A stretch of 60,390 nt of DNA from an uncultured Clostridia bacterium (GTDB taxonomy: Bacteria; Bacillota; Clostridia; TANB77; CAG-508). Below are positions 10,982 through 20,841 of this stretch, piece after piece. How positions within the stretch are numbered: the first letter of the stretch is position 1; each line of letters starts with the position of its first letter. The position numbers and the translations under genes are program-made. The stretch is from positions 1 through 60,390 of the forward strand of contig CANRES010000003.1 of the NCBI GenBank assembly GCA_947629625.1, in the 5' to 3' direction. Below the pieces are notes generated by a model. The model made no database searches. It was not told where the DNA came from and was given only the letters and a program-made list of their open reading frames with translations.

Positions 10982-11030
10982 TTCTTCTTTCATATATTTG
11001 TATAGAAATGTATGGACAAAGGAGAAGTAA

Positions 11031-12212
11031 ATGAATGTTACAGTAATAAATATAAAAGATTTATTTAAGTATCTAGTAGTATTAATAACAAGTATAGTAG
11101 TTATAGTTTCCGCTACTAGATTTTTTTATAACAAAAGTATTTCAATAGAAAAGAAGGATATTATAAAAGATAACAATAAAAGTTTTTATCTAACGTGTTT
11201 AAAAACAACAATTCCAATGATAGATTATAAGCAAGAAACAACGTTTGATATTTCAAATAAAGAGAGTGTAAATAAATCAAATATTTTAACAAAATTACTA
11301 GGAATACAATTAGGCTTAATAGATAATATAGAAGCAAAAAATGATAAAATAGCAGAAAATAATAATGAAGAAAACAATGAAAATACGGAAAATACTGAAA
11401 AAAGTGATAATACAGAAGAAAATAATCAAGAAATTGAACTTGCAAAAACAAATTTACAGACTCAAGAAGTTACAGAAAACAATATAGTGCCTAGTTATAC
11501 AAATATTATAGATAATATAGCGTTTAAAAATCAATCTAGTTATGAAATTACAGAAGATTTAGTAAATTCTCCATTTAATCTAAACAATAAAACAGATGTA
11601 ATTATATTCCATACTCATACTTGCGAAAGTTATACACAAACTGAAAATTATTCATATACACCATCAGGAGAATTTAGAACAACAGATTTAGATTGCTCTG
11701 TTGCAAGAGTTGGAGATGAATTAGATAAACAATTAACTGCATATGGTTTCAATGTAATTCACGATACAACTTATCATGATTATCCAGCGTATACGGGTTC
11801 TTATGATAGGTCATTAAATACTGTTAAGTCAATATTAGAAGATAATCCATCAACAGAAATTATTATTGATTTACATAGGGACGCAGTTGGAAGTAGTGCA
11901 GAATATGGTCCTTCTGTTATAATTGGAGATGAAAAGGTTGCTCAAATGATGTTTGTTATTGGAACAGATGGCGGAGGTCTTTATCATCCTAATTGGAGAG
12001 AAAATTTTAAACTTGCAATTTCACTTCAAAGAAAAGCAAATGAATTGTATCCGGGATTATTTAGACCAATTATTTTAAGGGATTCAAGATATAATCATCA
12101 TTTAGCAAATGGTGCATTTATTGTTGAAGTTGGTGCTACTGGAAATACTATGGAGGAATGTTTGGGTAGTATGAAGTATTTGGCTAAGGTAATGAGTGAG
12201 GTAATAAAATAA
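11031..12212 (+). CDS. spoIIP: stage II sporulation protein P
   Basis: IIFHTHTCESY and IIDLHRDA motifs, N-terminal TM, Asn/Glu-rich linker. Confidence 0.88.
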   Translation: MNVTVINIKDLFKYLVVLITSIVVIVSATRFFYNKSISIEKKDIIKDNNKSFYLTCLKTTIPMIDYKQETTFDISNKESVNKSNILTKLLGIQLGLIDNIEAKNDKIAENNNEENNENTENTEKSDNTEENNQEIELAKTNLQTQEVTENNIVPSYTNIIDNIAFKNQSSYEITEDLVNSPFNLNNKTDVIIFHTHTCESYTQTENYSYTPSGEFRTTDLDCSVARVGDELDKQLTAYGFNVIHDTTYHDYPAYTGSYDRSLNTVKSILEDNPSTEIIIDLHRDAVGSSAEYGPSVIIGDEKVAQMMFVIGTDGGGLYHPNWRENFKLAISLQRKANELYPGLFRPIILRDSRYNHHLANGAFIVEVGATGNTMEECLGSMKYLAKVMSEVIK

Positions 12213-12214
12213 TT

Positions 12215-12272
12215 AAAAAGTTGAAATTTTTCAAAAAAATATTAATAAAAAATTGAAAAATTTCAACTTTTT
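12215..12272 (+). terminator. long perfect hairpin / terminator after spoIIP
   Basis: Perfect 20-bp stem AAAAAGTTGAAATTTTTCAA / TTGAAAAATTTCAACTTTTT with an 18-nt loop. Confidence 0.55.
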
Positions 12273-12428
12273 ATTGTTTTAAAAAATTTTATATTGTATT
12301 TTTATTTTTTATATGATAAATTAATTATAAATAAATATGTTATTTTTATTACAATTATGATATACTATTTATATAAATAAAAATATAGATAATTTTAATG
12401 TTGAATAATATTAAGGAGAAATTGAAAA

Positions 12429-12734
12429 ATGGAAGAAAAATTAAAAAATTTACCAAAATCTTATCAAGAAGATATAAAAAAATTAACTAAAATATTAAAA
12501 GAAAATGGAGCAACAGAAGTTTTTATTTTTGGTTCCATTGCTAATGGAAAATTTAATGAGAACTCTGATATAGATATTGCAGTAAAAGGCTTAAATGAAA
12601 AAAATTTTTATAAGGTAGCAAGTATATTAATGTTTGAATTAGAAAATAAATTTGATTTAATAGATTTAGACGATAAAGAAAATCGATTTTCACAAATGTT
12701 ATTAAGAGTTGGAGGGTTATTAAAAGTTGGATAA
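12429..12734 (+). CDS. MNT-type minimal nucleotidyltransferase (pol-beta superfamily)
   Basis: GSIANGKFNENSDIDIAV (GS-x9-DxD) in a 101-aa protein. Confidence 0.8.
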   Translation: MEEKLKNLPKSYQEDIKKLTKILKENGATEVFIFGSIANGKFNENSDIDIAVKGLNEKNFYKVASILMFELENKFDLIDLDDKENRFSQMLLRVGGLLKVG

Positions 12735-12801
12735 TTTAATAAAAGAACAAATAAAATAATGATAGATTATTTATAAATGCAGAATAAAAGGAGCAATTTA
12801 T

Positions 12802-14163
12802 ATGGAGAAAAAAACAAAGAAAAGTATATTTAAAATAATAGTTTATTTATTAAATTTTATAGTAATTGCTATAATGTTAGTAAATATTTTTAATGCTTTT
12901 GTTATAAAGGAATGTGACGATGGTAGGTGGTATGATAAAAATGGTAATCTTTGTCGATATGATAATGAAGGCAATATTTGGAGGTATGATGCTGCTAGTA
13001 ATCTTTGGGAAAATTTAGAACCATTTAATTCAAAATTTACAGTATATGAGGGAAAATCAATAACAGGTTCTCAAATAAGACAATTAGTAAAAGTTGTTAA
13101 TGCAAATAATTTGCAGAATTTAGGAACAGACTTCATTGTTGAAATAACTGGAACAGAAATTTCTGGAAACATTGATAAAGGATATCAATTTAATGGTCGT
13201 AATTCACAAAAATATATAGTAGAAATTGAAAAACAAGATGGGGTAGTTAGTAATATTAATATTTATAATACAAATGATAATCAAAATAATGTTATTACTA
13301 ATAATATAAATGAAAAAAATATTGATAATATCACTAAAAATAAAGTTAGCTATAAAATAGATTCTAAAAGTGGAATAGCTAGTTTAATATCATATTTGCC
13401 AATAATTATTTTATATATTATAGTTATTGCATACAGAAAAATAAATAAAAAAAGAATTTCAAAGAAATATATAGGACAAGAAAATCAATATAGATTAGAT
13501 AAAACAAATAAAATATCATTAGTAGCATTTTTTATTATAGATATTTGTTTAATCATATATATTATATATAATTATATTATTGCTTTGGTTAATGTTTCTA
13601 CGATTTCAGTTGCTAAACCAATAATATACATATACCCAGAAGAAGTAACAGAAGTAACAGTGCAATTAGGTAAAAGTGAAAATTTAACTTGTACATATCC
13701 AATATATAAAGAAAAATGGGAAGTAACAGCAGAGCCAAATGGAACATTAAAAGATAACGAAACAGGAAAAACATATTATGCTTTATATTGGGAAGGAAAA
13801 AATATAAAAAAATATACAGATAAACTAAAAGATGGATTTATAGTAAAAGGAGAAGATACAGTTAAATTTTTAGAAGAAAAACTAGCAATATTAGGATTAA
13901 ATGAAAAAGAATCAGAAGAATTTATAATATACTGGTTACCAAAAATGCAAAATAATAAATATAACTATATAAGATTTCAAACACAAGAAGAAATAAATGA
14001 AAATATGCCATTAGAAATAACACCAAAACCAGAAACAATAATAAGAGTAATGATGGAATGGAAAGGCTTAAATGAATATGAAGATATAGAAGAACAAAAA
14101 TTAGAAAAAGTAGAAAGAAAAGGTTATACAGTAGTAGAATGGGGCGGAACAGAAATAAAATAA
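12802..14163 (+). CDS. hypothetical membrane protein
   Basis: N-terminal TM, W(R)YD repeats, two central TM helices, conserved-looking C-terminal domain. No family recognised. Confidence 0.6.
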   Translation: MEKKTKKSIFKIIVYLLNFIVIAIMLVNIFNAFVIKECDDGRWYDKNGNLCRYDNEGNIWRYDAASNLWENLEPFNSKFTVYEGKSITGSQIRQLVKVVNANNLQNLGTDFIVEITGTEISGNIDKGYQFNGRNSQKYIVEIEKQDGVVSNINIYNTNDNQNNVITNNINEKNIDNITKNKVSYKIDSKSGIASLISYLPIIILYIIVIAYRKINKKRISKKYIGQENQYRLDKTNKISLVAFFIIDICLIIYIIYNYIIALVNVSTISVAKPIIYIYPEEVTEVTVQLGKSENLTCTYPIYKEKWEVTAEPNGTLKDNETGKTYYALYWEGKNIKKYTDKLKDGFIVKGEDTVKFLEEKLAILGLNEKESEEFIIYWLPKMQNNKYNYIRFQTQEEINENMPLEITPKPETIIRVMMEWKGLNEYEDIEEQKLEKVERKGYTVVEWGGTEIK

Positions 14164-14185
14164 TAAAAAATGGAGGAAAAATAAA

Positions 14186-14677
14186 ATGAAGAAAAAAATT
14201 GTTATAATAAATGGAACAGGTGGAGTAGGAAAAGACACATTTATACAACAATGTCAAGAATTTGTAGAAATAAAAAACATTTCATCAGTAGATAAAGTAA
14301 AAGAAGCAGCGAAAATATTAGTAAACTGGAATGGAGAAAAAGACGAAAAAACAAGAAAATTTTTAGCAGACTTAAAAAAATTAAGCATAGATTATAACGA
14401 TGCTCCAATACAATATATAAAAAGCCAAGCAGACGAATTTAATGAAAACGATACACAACAAATAATGTTCATACACATTAGAGAAATAAGTGAAATAGAA
14501 AAAGTAAAAAAACTATTAAATGCAAAAACACTATTAGTAACAAATAACAGAGTAGAAGATATTTTATCAAACGAATCAGATGCAAATGTAAAAAAATATA
14601 ATTATGATTATTACATTGAAAACAATGGAACTATTGAAGAATTAAAAGAATTAGCAAAAAAATTTGTACAAGAATAA
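14186..14677 (+). CDS. P-loop kinase-like protein (dNMP-kinase-like)
   Basis: Walker A INGTGGVGKDT at the N-terminus, 163 aa. Confidence 0.5.
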   Translation: MKKKIVIINGTGGVGKDTFIQQCQEFVEIKNISSVDKVKEAAKILVNWNGEKDEKTRKFLADLKKLSIDYNDAPIQYIKSQADEFNENDTQQIMFIHIREISEIEKVKKLLNAKTLLVTNNRVEDILSNESDANVKKYNYDYYIENNGTIEELKELAKKFVQE

Positions 14678-14682
14678 ATATG

Positions 14683-14732
14683 TACGAGACGACCAACAAG
14701 GAACAAGTCAAATTATATATATTACTTTCAAA
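14683..14732 (+). repeat. half copy of the intergenic repeat family (see 23887-24024)
   Basis: TACGAGACGACCAACAAGGAACAAG matches 23975-23999 at 24/25. A 13-nt spacer is followed by an identical ATTACTTTCAAA. Confidence 0.7.
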
Positions 14733-14772
14733 CATATATATATTATTTTTTTGTAAAAATTTTAAATAAATA

Positions 14773-14801
14773 TTGCATTTTATGGAAAAATGTAGTACAA
14801 T
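14773..14801 (+). promoter_or_regulatory. candidate rpsO promoter
   Basis: TTGCAT-17-TACAAT. The ~95-nt leader contains hairpins (CTTGgcttaCAAG) and may be an S15 autoregulatory leader. Confidence 0.4.
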
Positions 14802-14898
14802 ATTAATGTTAGAAAAAATTACCTTTAACTTGGCTTACAAGAACTAACACCACTTTAAGCTCAGTTTAAGGCATATAAATTTTTAGGAGGTGCATACT

Positions 14899-15162
14899 AT
14901 GACTAAGGAAAAAAAGCAAGAAATTATTTCAACATATAAAAGAGAAGAAAACGACACTGGATCACCAGAAGTACAAATTGCTCTTTTAACAGAAAGAATT
15001 AATGAATTAACAGAACATTTAAAAGTTCATAAAAAAGATAATCATTCTAGACGTGGACTATTAAAAATGGTAGGTAAAAGAAGAAACCTACTTGCTTACC
15101 TTTCAAAAAAGGATGTTCAAAGATACAGAGACATAGTTGAAAAATTAGGTTTAAGAAAATAA
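14899..15162 (+). CDS. rpsO: 30S ribosomal protein S15
   Basis: [32 protein letters not shown] is 8 nt after AGGAGG. Confidence 0.95.
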   Translation: MTKEKKQEIISTYKREENDTGSPEVQIALLTERINELTEHLKVHKKDNHSRRGLLKMVGKRRNLLAYLSKKDVQRYRDIVEKLGLRK

Positions 15163-15174
15163 TTTTAATACATA

Positions 15175-15202
15175 GGGCGTTTGACAAATATTACAAACGT
15201 CC
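15175..15202 (+). promoter_or_regulatory. rpsO-pnp intergenic hairpin (processing/attenuation site candidate)
   Basis: 9-bp GC-containing stem GGGCGTTTG/CAAACGTCC with a 10-nt loop and no U-tract. Confidence 0.45.
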
Positions 15203-15229
15203 TAATTGTATATTATGAAGGAGAAAAAT

Positions 15230-17332
15230 ATGTTTAAAACATTTGAAACGGAATTAGCAGGAAGAAAATTAATAATAGAAAATGGAAAAATAGCTGGACT
15301 AGCTAATGGAAGTGTACTTGTAAGATATGGAGATACTGTTGTAATGGTAAATGTAACAGCAGCAAAAGAACCAAAAGAAGGAATAGATTTCTTTCCACTT
15401 TCAGTAGATTATGAAGAAAAACTATATGCAGTTGGTAAAATTCCAGGAAGTTTTCAAAAAAGAGAAGGAAAACCAAGTGATAAAGCAATATTAACATCAA
15501 GAGCAATAGATAGACCATTAAGACCATTATTTCCAAAAGATTTTAGAAATGATGTATGTGTTGTAGCAACAGTATTATCAGTAGAGCCTGATAACTCACC
15601 AGAAGTTGCAGCAATGATAGGAGCAGCAACTGCACTTGAAATATCAGATATACCATTTAAAGGACCAACTGCGGCAGTTGCAGTAGGTTATGTAGATGGA
15701 CAAATTATAATAAATCCAACATTAGAACAAAGAGAAAAAAGCGATTTAACATTAACAGTTGCAGGAACATTAGAAAAAATAACAATGATAGAAGCAGGAG
15801 CAAACGAAATACCTGACGATATAATGTTAGAAGCAATAAAACAAGCACATATTGAAATTAAAAAAATATGTGAATTTATATCAAAAATAAAAGAAGAAAT
15901 TGGAAAAACAAAATTTGAATATAAATCATTTGAAGTAGACCATGAAGTATATGAAGAAATAGAAAATAACTTTAAAGAAAGAATGTATAATGATATACAA
16001 ACAACAGATAAAGACGTTAGAGATGCAAACATAGATAAAATAACAGAAGATGTTATAAATTACTTCACAGAAAAATATGGAGAGGAAGAAACAGAAAACA
16101 AAAAAACAGATATAGTAGATAGCCTTTATAAATTAGAAAAAAAATGCGTTAGAGAAATGATACTTGAAGAACATAAAAGACCAGATGGTAGAAAATTAGA
16201 CGAAATAAGACCATTATCTTGTGAAGTTGCAGTATTACCAAGAGTACATGGAAGCGCATTATTTACAAGAGGTCAAACACAAGTATTATCAGTTGCAACA
16301 TTAGGAATGATTAGTGAAGAACAAATGCTAGATGGTATTGATGAAGAAGAAACAAAAAGATACATGCATCAATACAATTTTCCATCATATAGTGTAGGAG
16401 AGGCAAGACCATCACGTGGACCTGGAAGAAGAGAAATAGGACATGGAGCATTAGCAGAAAAAGCACTTGTACCAGTATTACCAAGTAAAGAAGAATTTCC
16501 TTACGCAATAAGAGTTGTATCAGAAGTATTAAGTTCAAATGGTTCAACATCACAAGCAAGTATTTGTGGAAGTACTTTATCTTTAATGGATGCAGGTGTA
16601 CCAATAAAAAGACCAGTAGCAGGAATTTCAACAGGACTTGTTACAGATGCAGAAGACCCAAACAGATATGTTATGCTAACAGATATACAAGGATTAGAAG
16701 ATTTCTTTGGAGATATGGATTTTAAAGTTGGTGGAACAGAAAAAGGAATAACTGCAATACAAGTAGATATAAAAATAGATGGTTTAACATATGATATAAT
16801 AAAAGAGGCATTTGAAAGAACAAGAATTGCTAGAAAATATATATTAGAAGAAATAATGTTAAAACAAATAGAAAAACCAAGAGAGGAAATATCAAAATAT
16901 GCACCAAGCATAATAAATACAACAATTAAGGTAGACAAAATTAGAGATGTAATTGGACCTGGTGGAAAAATGATAAACAAAATCATTGAAGAAACAGGAG
17001 TAAAAATTGATATCGAAGAAGATGGTAAAGTATTCATTTATTCAACAGATAATGAAAAAGGCGAAAAAGCATTAAAAATGATTAATGATATAGTAAGAGA
17101 AATAGAAGTTGATGGAATTTATGAAGGAACAGTTTCAAGAATAATGCCATTTGGAGCATTTATAGACTTAGGTTCTGGAAAAGAGGGATTACTTCATATT
17201 TCAAAAATATCAAAAAATAGAGTAGAAAAAGTAGAAGACGTATTAAAAATAGGCGATGTTGTAAAGGTTAAAGTATATGAAATAGACGACCAAGGAAGAA
17301 TTAATCTTACTAAAAAGGATATAGAAAAATAA
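15230..17332 (+). CDS. pnp: polyribonucleotide nucleotidyltransferase (PNPase)
   Basis: Two RNase PH-like halves, KH domain, C-terminal S1 domain (GIYEGTVSRIMPFGAFIDL). ATG follows AAGGAG. Confidence 0.95.
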   Translation: MFKTFETELAGRKLIIENGKIAGLANGSVLVRYGDTVVMVNVTAAKEPKEGIDFFPLSVDYEEKLYAVGKIPGSFQKREGKPSDKAILTSRAIDRPLRPLFPKDFRNDVCVVATVLSVEPDNSPEVAAMIGAATALEISDIPFKGPTAAVAVGYVDGQIIINPTLEQREKSDLTLTVAGTLEKITMIEAGANEIPDDIMLEAIKQAHIEIKKICEFISKIKEEIGKTKFEYKSFEVDHEVYEEIENNFKERMYNDIQTTDKDVRDANIDKITEDVINYFTEKYGEEETENKKTDIVDSLYKLEKKCVREMILEEHKRPDGRKLDEIRPLSCEVAVLPRVHGSALFTRGQTQVLSVATLGMISEEQMLDGIDEEETKRYMHQYNFPSYSVGEARPSRGPGRREIGHGALAEKALVPVLPSKEEFPYAIRVVSEVLSSNGSTSQASICGSTLSLMDAGVPIKRPVAGISTGLVTDAEDPNRYVMLTDIQGLEDFFGDMDFKVGGTEKGITAIQVDIKIDGLTYDIIKEAFERTRIARKYILEEIMLKQIEKPREEISKYAPSIINTTIKVDKIRDVIGPGGKMINKIIEETGVKIDIEEDGKVFIYSTDNEKGEKALKMINDIVREIEVDGIYEGTVSRIMPFGAFIDLGSGKEGLLHISKISKNRVEKVEDVLKIGDVVKVKVYEIDDQGRINLTKKDIEK

Positions 17333-17362
17333 ATAATTATTATATAAAATGAGGTAAAAAAA

Positions 17363-18592
17363 ATGATATATTTATATGTACTACAACAAGCATTAATTTG
17401 GATAATAACTATATTTTGGTTATACCAATTAATAATTAGTGTATGTTCATTAATTAATCTAAAAGATAAACCAATGATTGAAGAAAAAAATAATCGATTT
17501 ATGGCAATTATACCTGCACATAATGAAGCATCGGTAATTGAAAACTTGATAATAAGTTTAAAAAATCAAGATTATCCAAAAGAATTATATGATATATATG
17601 TTATTGCGGATAATTGCACAGATGCAACTGCAACAATAGCAAAAGAAGCAGGAGCTATTGTTTATAAAAGATTCGATACTGAAAATAAAACAAAAGGTTA
17701 TGCGTTAAAATGGTTTTTAGACCAAAAAATAAAAGAAGATGCACCTTATGATGCTTTTTGTGTATTTGATGCAGATAACATTGTAGATGTAAACTTCTTA
17801 AAAAATATGAATAAAAAATTATGTCAAGGTGAAACAGTAGTTCAAGGTTATAGAGATATAAAAAATCCAACAGACAGTTGGATAACAGCAGGATATGCAA
17901 TATTTTATTGGATGATGAATAGATTTTATCATTTAGCAAGATATAACATAGGTTTATCTCCATTAATAAATGGAACAGGTTTTATGGTAAAATTTGATGT
18001 TATAAAACCTAATGGTTGGGATACTGCAACACTTACAGAGGATATAGAATTTTCTTTAAAACGTATAATTTCTGGAAATAAATTAGGTTGGGCAAAAGAT
18101 GCAATAGTTTATGACGAACAACCAGTAGGATTTAAACAATCTTGGAAACAAAGGTCTAGATGGACAGTAGGACATATTCAATGTATGCAATTATATACAA
18201 AAGAATTAGCATTAGCAATAAAAAAACATAAAACAATAATGAATTTTGATGGATTTTTATATATAGTTGGTAGTATACCAATGTTAATTATGACAATTGT
18301 TTTGTTATTAGTTAATTCTTTATTGTATCTTGGAAATGGAATGACAAATGTAGAATTATTAATGAGTTATGTTCATTATATAATCCCAACATTTATATTA
18401 CCAATAGGAACAGCATTACTTATAATGATATTGGATAAAAAACCAATAAAACCAATGATAAAAGGTATATTGTGTTATCCATTGTTCTTATTAACATGGT
18501 TATTAATTAACTTTAAATGTTTATTTAAAAGAGATTTATCTTGGGATAAAATTGAACACGTTAGAGATATAAAAATTAATGAAGTAATTTAA
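17363..18592 (+). CDS. membrane GT2-family processive glycosyltransferase
   Basis: AIIPAHNE, DAD (FDADN) and QRSRW motifs plus N- and C-terminal TM helices. Confidence 0.8.
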   Translation: MIYLYVLQQALIWIITIFWLYQLIISVCSLINLKDKPMIEEKNNRFMAIIPAHNEASVIENLIISLKNQDYPKELYDIYVIADNCTDATATIAKEAGAIVYKRFDTENKTKGYALKWFLDQKIKEDAPYDAFCVFDADNIVDVNFLKNMNKKLCQGETVVQGYRDIKNPTDSWITAGYAIFYWMMNRFYHLARYNIGLSPLINGTGFMVKFDVIKPNGWDTATLTEDIEFSLKRIISGNKLGWAKDAIVYDEQPVGFKQSWKQRSRWTVGHIQCMQLYTKELALAIKKHKTIMNFDGFLYIVGSIPMLIMTIVLLLVNSLLYLGNGMTNVELLMSYVHYIIPTFILPIGTALLIMILDKKPIKPMIKGILCYPLFLLTWLLINFKCLFKRDLSWDKIEHVRDIKINEVI

Positions 18593-18675
18593 AATTTTAA
18601 AACATATCAAATGGAGAAGTTTAATATAATCAACTTCTTCATTTGATTATTAATGTAAAAATAAGGAGTAAATGT

Positions 18676-19530
18676 ATGTATTCATTAAGCAAAATGAGAG
18701 TATGTGCATTTGTTGGTCCATCAGGTACAGGAAAAAGTTATAGGGCCCAAATGGTAGCAGGTGCTAATAATATTAATTACATAATAGATGATGGTTTATT
18801 AATAAAAGATAATGAAGTTATAGCAGGAAATTCTGCAAAAAAAGCATCAACAAAAGTTGAAACGGTTAAGCATGCTTTATTTATTAATGAAAAAGAAAAA
18901 GAAGAAATAATAAAAAAAATTAAAGAATATAAACCAGAATCAATTTTAGTTTTAGGTACATCAGATAAAATGGTAGAAAAAATTGCTAAAAACTTAGGAC
19001 TACCTAAAATTTCACAAACAATATACATAAATGATGTAGCAACACAAGAAGAAATGAAAACTGCAAGAAGAATAAGAGTTACAGAAGGAAAACATGTAAT
19101 TCCTGTTCCAACTTTTGAAATTAAAAAAGACTTTTCTGGGTATATATTAGACCCATTACAAATATTTAAATCAAGAGGAATTGGTGGAAAACCATATATT
19201 TCAGAAAAATCTATTATTAGACCTACATTTAGTTATTTAGGAAATTTTACAATTTCAGATACAGTATTTAGACAGATATTAGAATATTTATGTTCTAAAT
19301 CAAATGCAATATATAAAGTAGTAAAAACAAGAATAAATAACTATGGAGAAGGACCAGATATTTATGTTGAAGTTATTATTAACTATGGTTATAATATTAT
19401 AGAAGAATTAAAAATATTTAAAGAAAAATGTATTAAAGAAATAGAAATGCTTACAACAATGAATGTACAAAAAATTGAGATAGTTGCAAAAGGAATAAAG
19501 GCACCAGAAGAAATAGAAAGGTGGAAATAA
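18676..19530 (+). CDS. P-loop NTPase fused to an Asp23/Gls24-like C-terminal domain
   Basis: Walker A GPSGTGKS. The C-terminal ~100 aa has the Asp23-like pattern. ATG at 18676 follows AAGGAG. Confidence 0.55.
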   Translation: MYSLSKMRVCAFVGPSGTGKSYRAQMVAGANNINYIIDDGLLIKDNEVIAGNSAKKASTKVETVKHALFINEKEKEEIIKKIKEYKPESILVLGTSDKMVEKIAKNLGLPKISQTIYINDVATQEEMKTARRIRVTEGKHVIPVPTFEIKKDFSGYILDPLQIFKSRGIGGKPYISEKSIIRPTFSYLGNFTISDTVFRQILEYLCSKSNAIYKVVKTRINNYGEGPDIYVEVIINYGYNIIEELKIFKEKCIKEIEMLTTMNVQKIEIVAKGIKAPEEIERWK

Positions 19531-19532
19531 AT

Positions 19533-20210
19533 ATGTCATTTATAGTTGCAATTGATGGACCAGCAGGAACAGGGAAAGGAACTGTAACTGCAATTATTGC
19601 TAAAAAATTAAATCTAGTAAATATAGATACTGGCGCTACTTACAGATGTGTAACATTAGAAATGCTAGAAAATAATATTGGGTTAGAAGATAGTGAAGAA
19701 ATAAAAAAATTACTTGAAAATATAAAAATTGAATTAAAAAATCAAAATGGAGTTCAAAAAGTATTTTTAAATGATAAAGATGTTACAGACGAAATTCGTT
19801 CAAAACGTGTAACAGAGTTTGTATCACAAGTATCTGGAATAAAGCAAATTAGATTAAAAATGTCAAGTCTTCAAAGAGAAATGGGATTAAAACAAGATTC
19901 AATAATGGAAGGTAGAGATATTGGAACTTATGTATTTCCAGATGCAAATGTAAAAATATATCTTGATGCAGATGTAGAAGAAAGAGCAAAAAGAAGACTT
20001 ATTCAAAATAAAGAAAAAAATATAAATATGTCTTATGAAGAAATTTTAGAAAATATTAAAATGAGAGATGCAAACGATAAAGCAAAAGAAATAGGTGCTT
20101 TAAAAGTTGCAGAAGATGCTATTGTAATAGATACAACACATTTAACTATTGATGAAGTTGTTAATAAAATAATTGATATTATTAACAAAAACAGGAGTAT
20201 GTATGTATAA
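19533..20210 (+). CDS. cmk: cytidylate kinase
   Basis: IAIDGPAGTGKGT P-loop, 225 aa. Confidence 0.93.
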   Translation: MSFIVAIDGPAGTGKGTVTAIIAKKLNLVNIDTGATYRCVTLEMLENNIGLEDSEEIKKLLENIKIELKNQNGVQKVFLNDKDVTDEIRSKRVTEFVSQVSGIKQIRLKMSSLQREMGLKQDSIMEGRDIGTYVFPDANVKIYLDADVEERAKRRLIQNKEKNINMSYEEILENIKMRDANDKAKEIGALKVAEDAIVIDTTHLTIDEVVNKIIDIINKNRSMYV

Positions 20211-20787
20211 ATTTTTAAAAAGAATAATAAATATACTATCTCATTTAATATTTAGAGTAAAAATTTATGGAATGGAAAATATTATAGAAGAAGGACCTGC
20301 AATTATTTGCGGTAATCACATACACGCATTTGATTCTGTAATTCTTGTAGGACGTGTAAAAAGAAAAATAAATTTCATTGCAAAAGCAGAACTATTTAAA
20401 AAAAGTGCTTTTATGAGATTTGTTGAAAAACCTTTTGGATTAATTAGAGTAGATAGAGAAAAAAAACAAGATATTGAAGCATTAAAAAAATCGTTAAATG
20501 TATTAAAAAATGATGAAATATTAGGAATATTTCCAGAAGGAACTAGAAACGGTTTAGCAAAAAACGTAGAAGTAAAAACAGGTGTTGCTTATTTTGCATT
20601 AAAATCAAAAGTACAAGTTATTCCAATTGGAATTAAAGGAAATTTTAAACCTTTTTCTAAAATAGTATATAATATTGGAAAACCATTGAATTTTAACGAA
20701 TATTATAATAAAAAAATAGAAAAAGAAGATTTAGAAAAAGTTACAAATATTATAATGGATAATATAATAAAATTGACAAATGTTTAA
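20203..20787 (+). CDS. plsC: 1-acyl-sn-glycerol-3-phosphate acyltransferase
   Basis: NHIHAFD (NHxxxxD) and FPEGTR motifs. Confidence 0.88.
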   Translation: MYKFLKRIINILSHLIFRVKIYGMENIIEEGPAIICGNHIHAFDSVILVGRVKRKINFIAKAELFKKSAFMRFVEKPFGLIRVDREKKQDIEALKKSLNVLKNDEILGIFPEGTRNGLAKNVEVKTGVAYFALKSKVQVIPIGIKGNFKPFSKIVYNIGKPLNFNEYYNKKIEKEDLEKVTNIIMDNIIKLTNV

Positions 20788-20801
20788 TTTTAATGTATAA
20801 T
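20773..20801 (+). promoter_or_regulatory. consensus sigma-A promoter for typA
   Basis: TTGACA-17-TGtTATAAT, lying inside the end of plsC. Confidence 0.6.
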
Positions 20802-20841
20802 ATATAATTGTTTGTATTAATTATATAAGGAGTAGTAAAAA

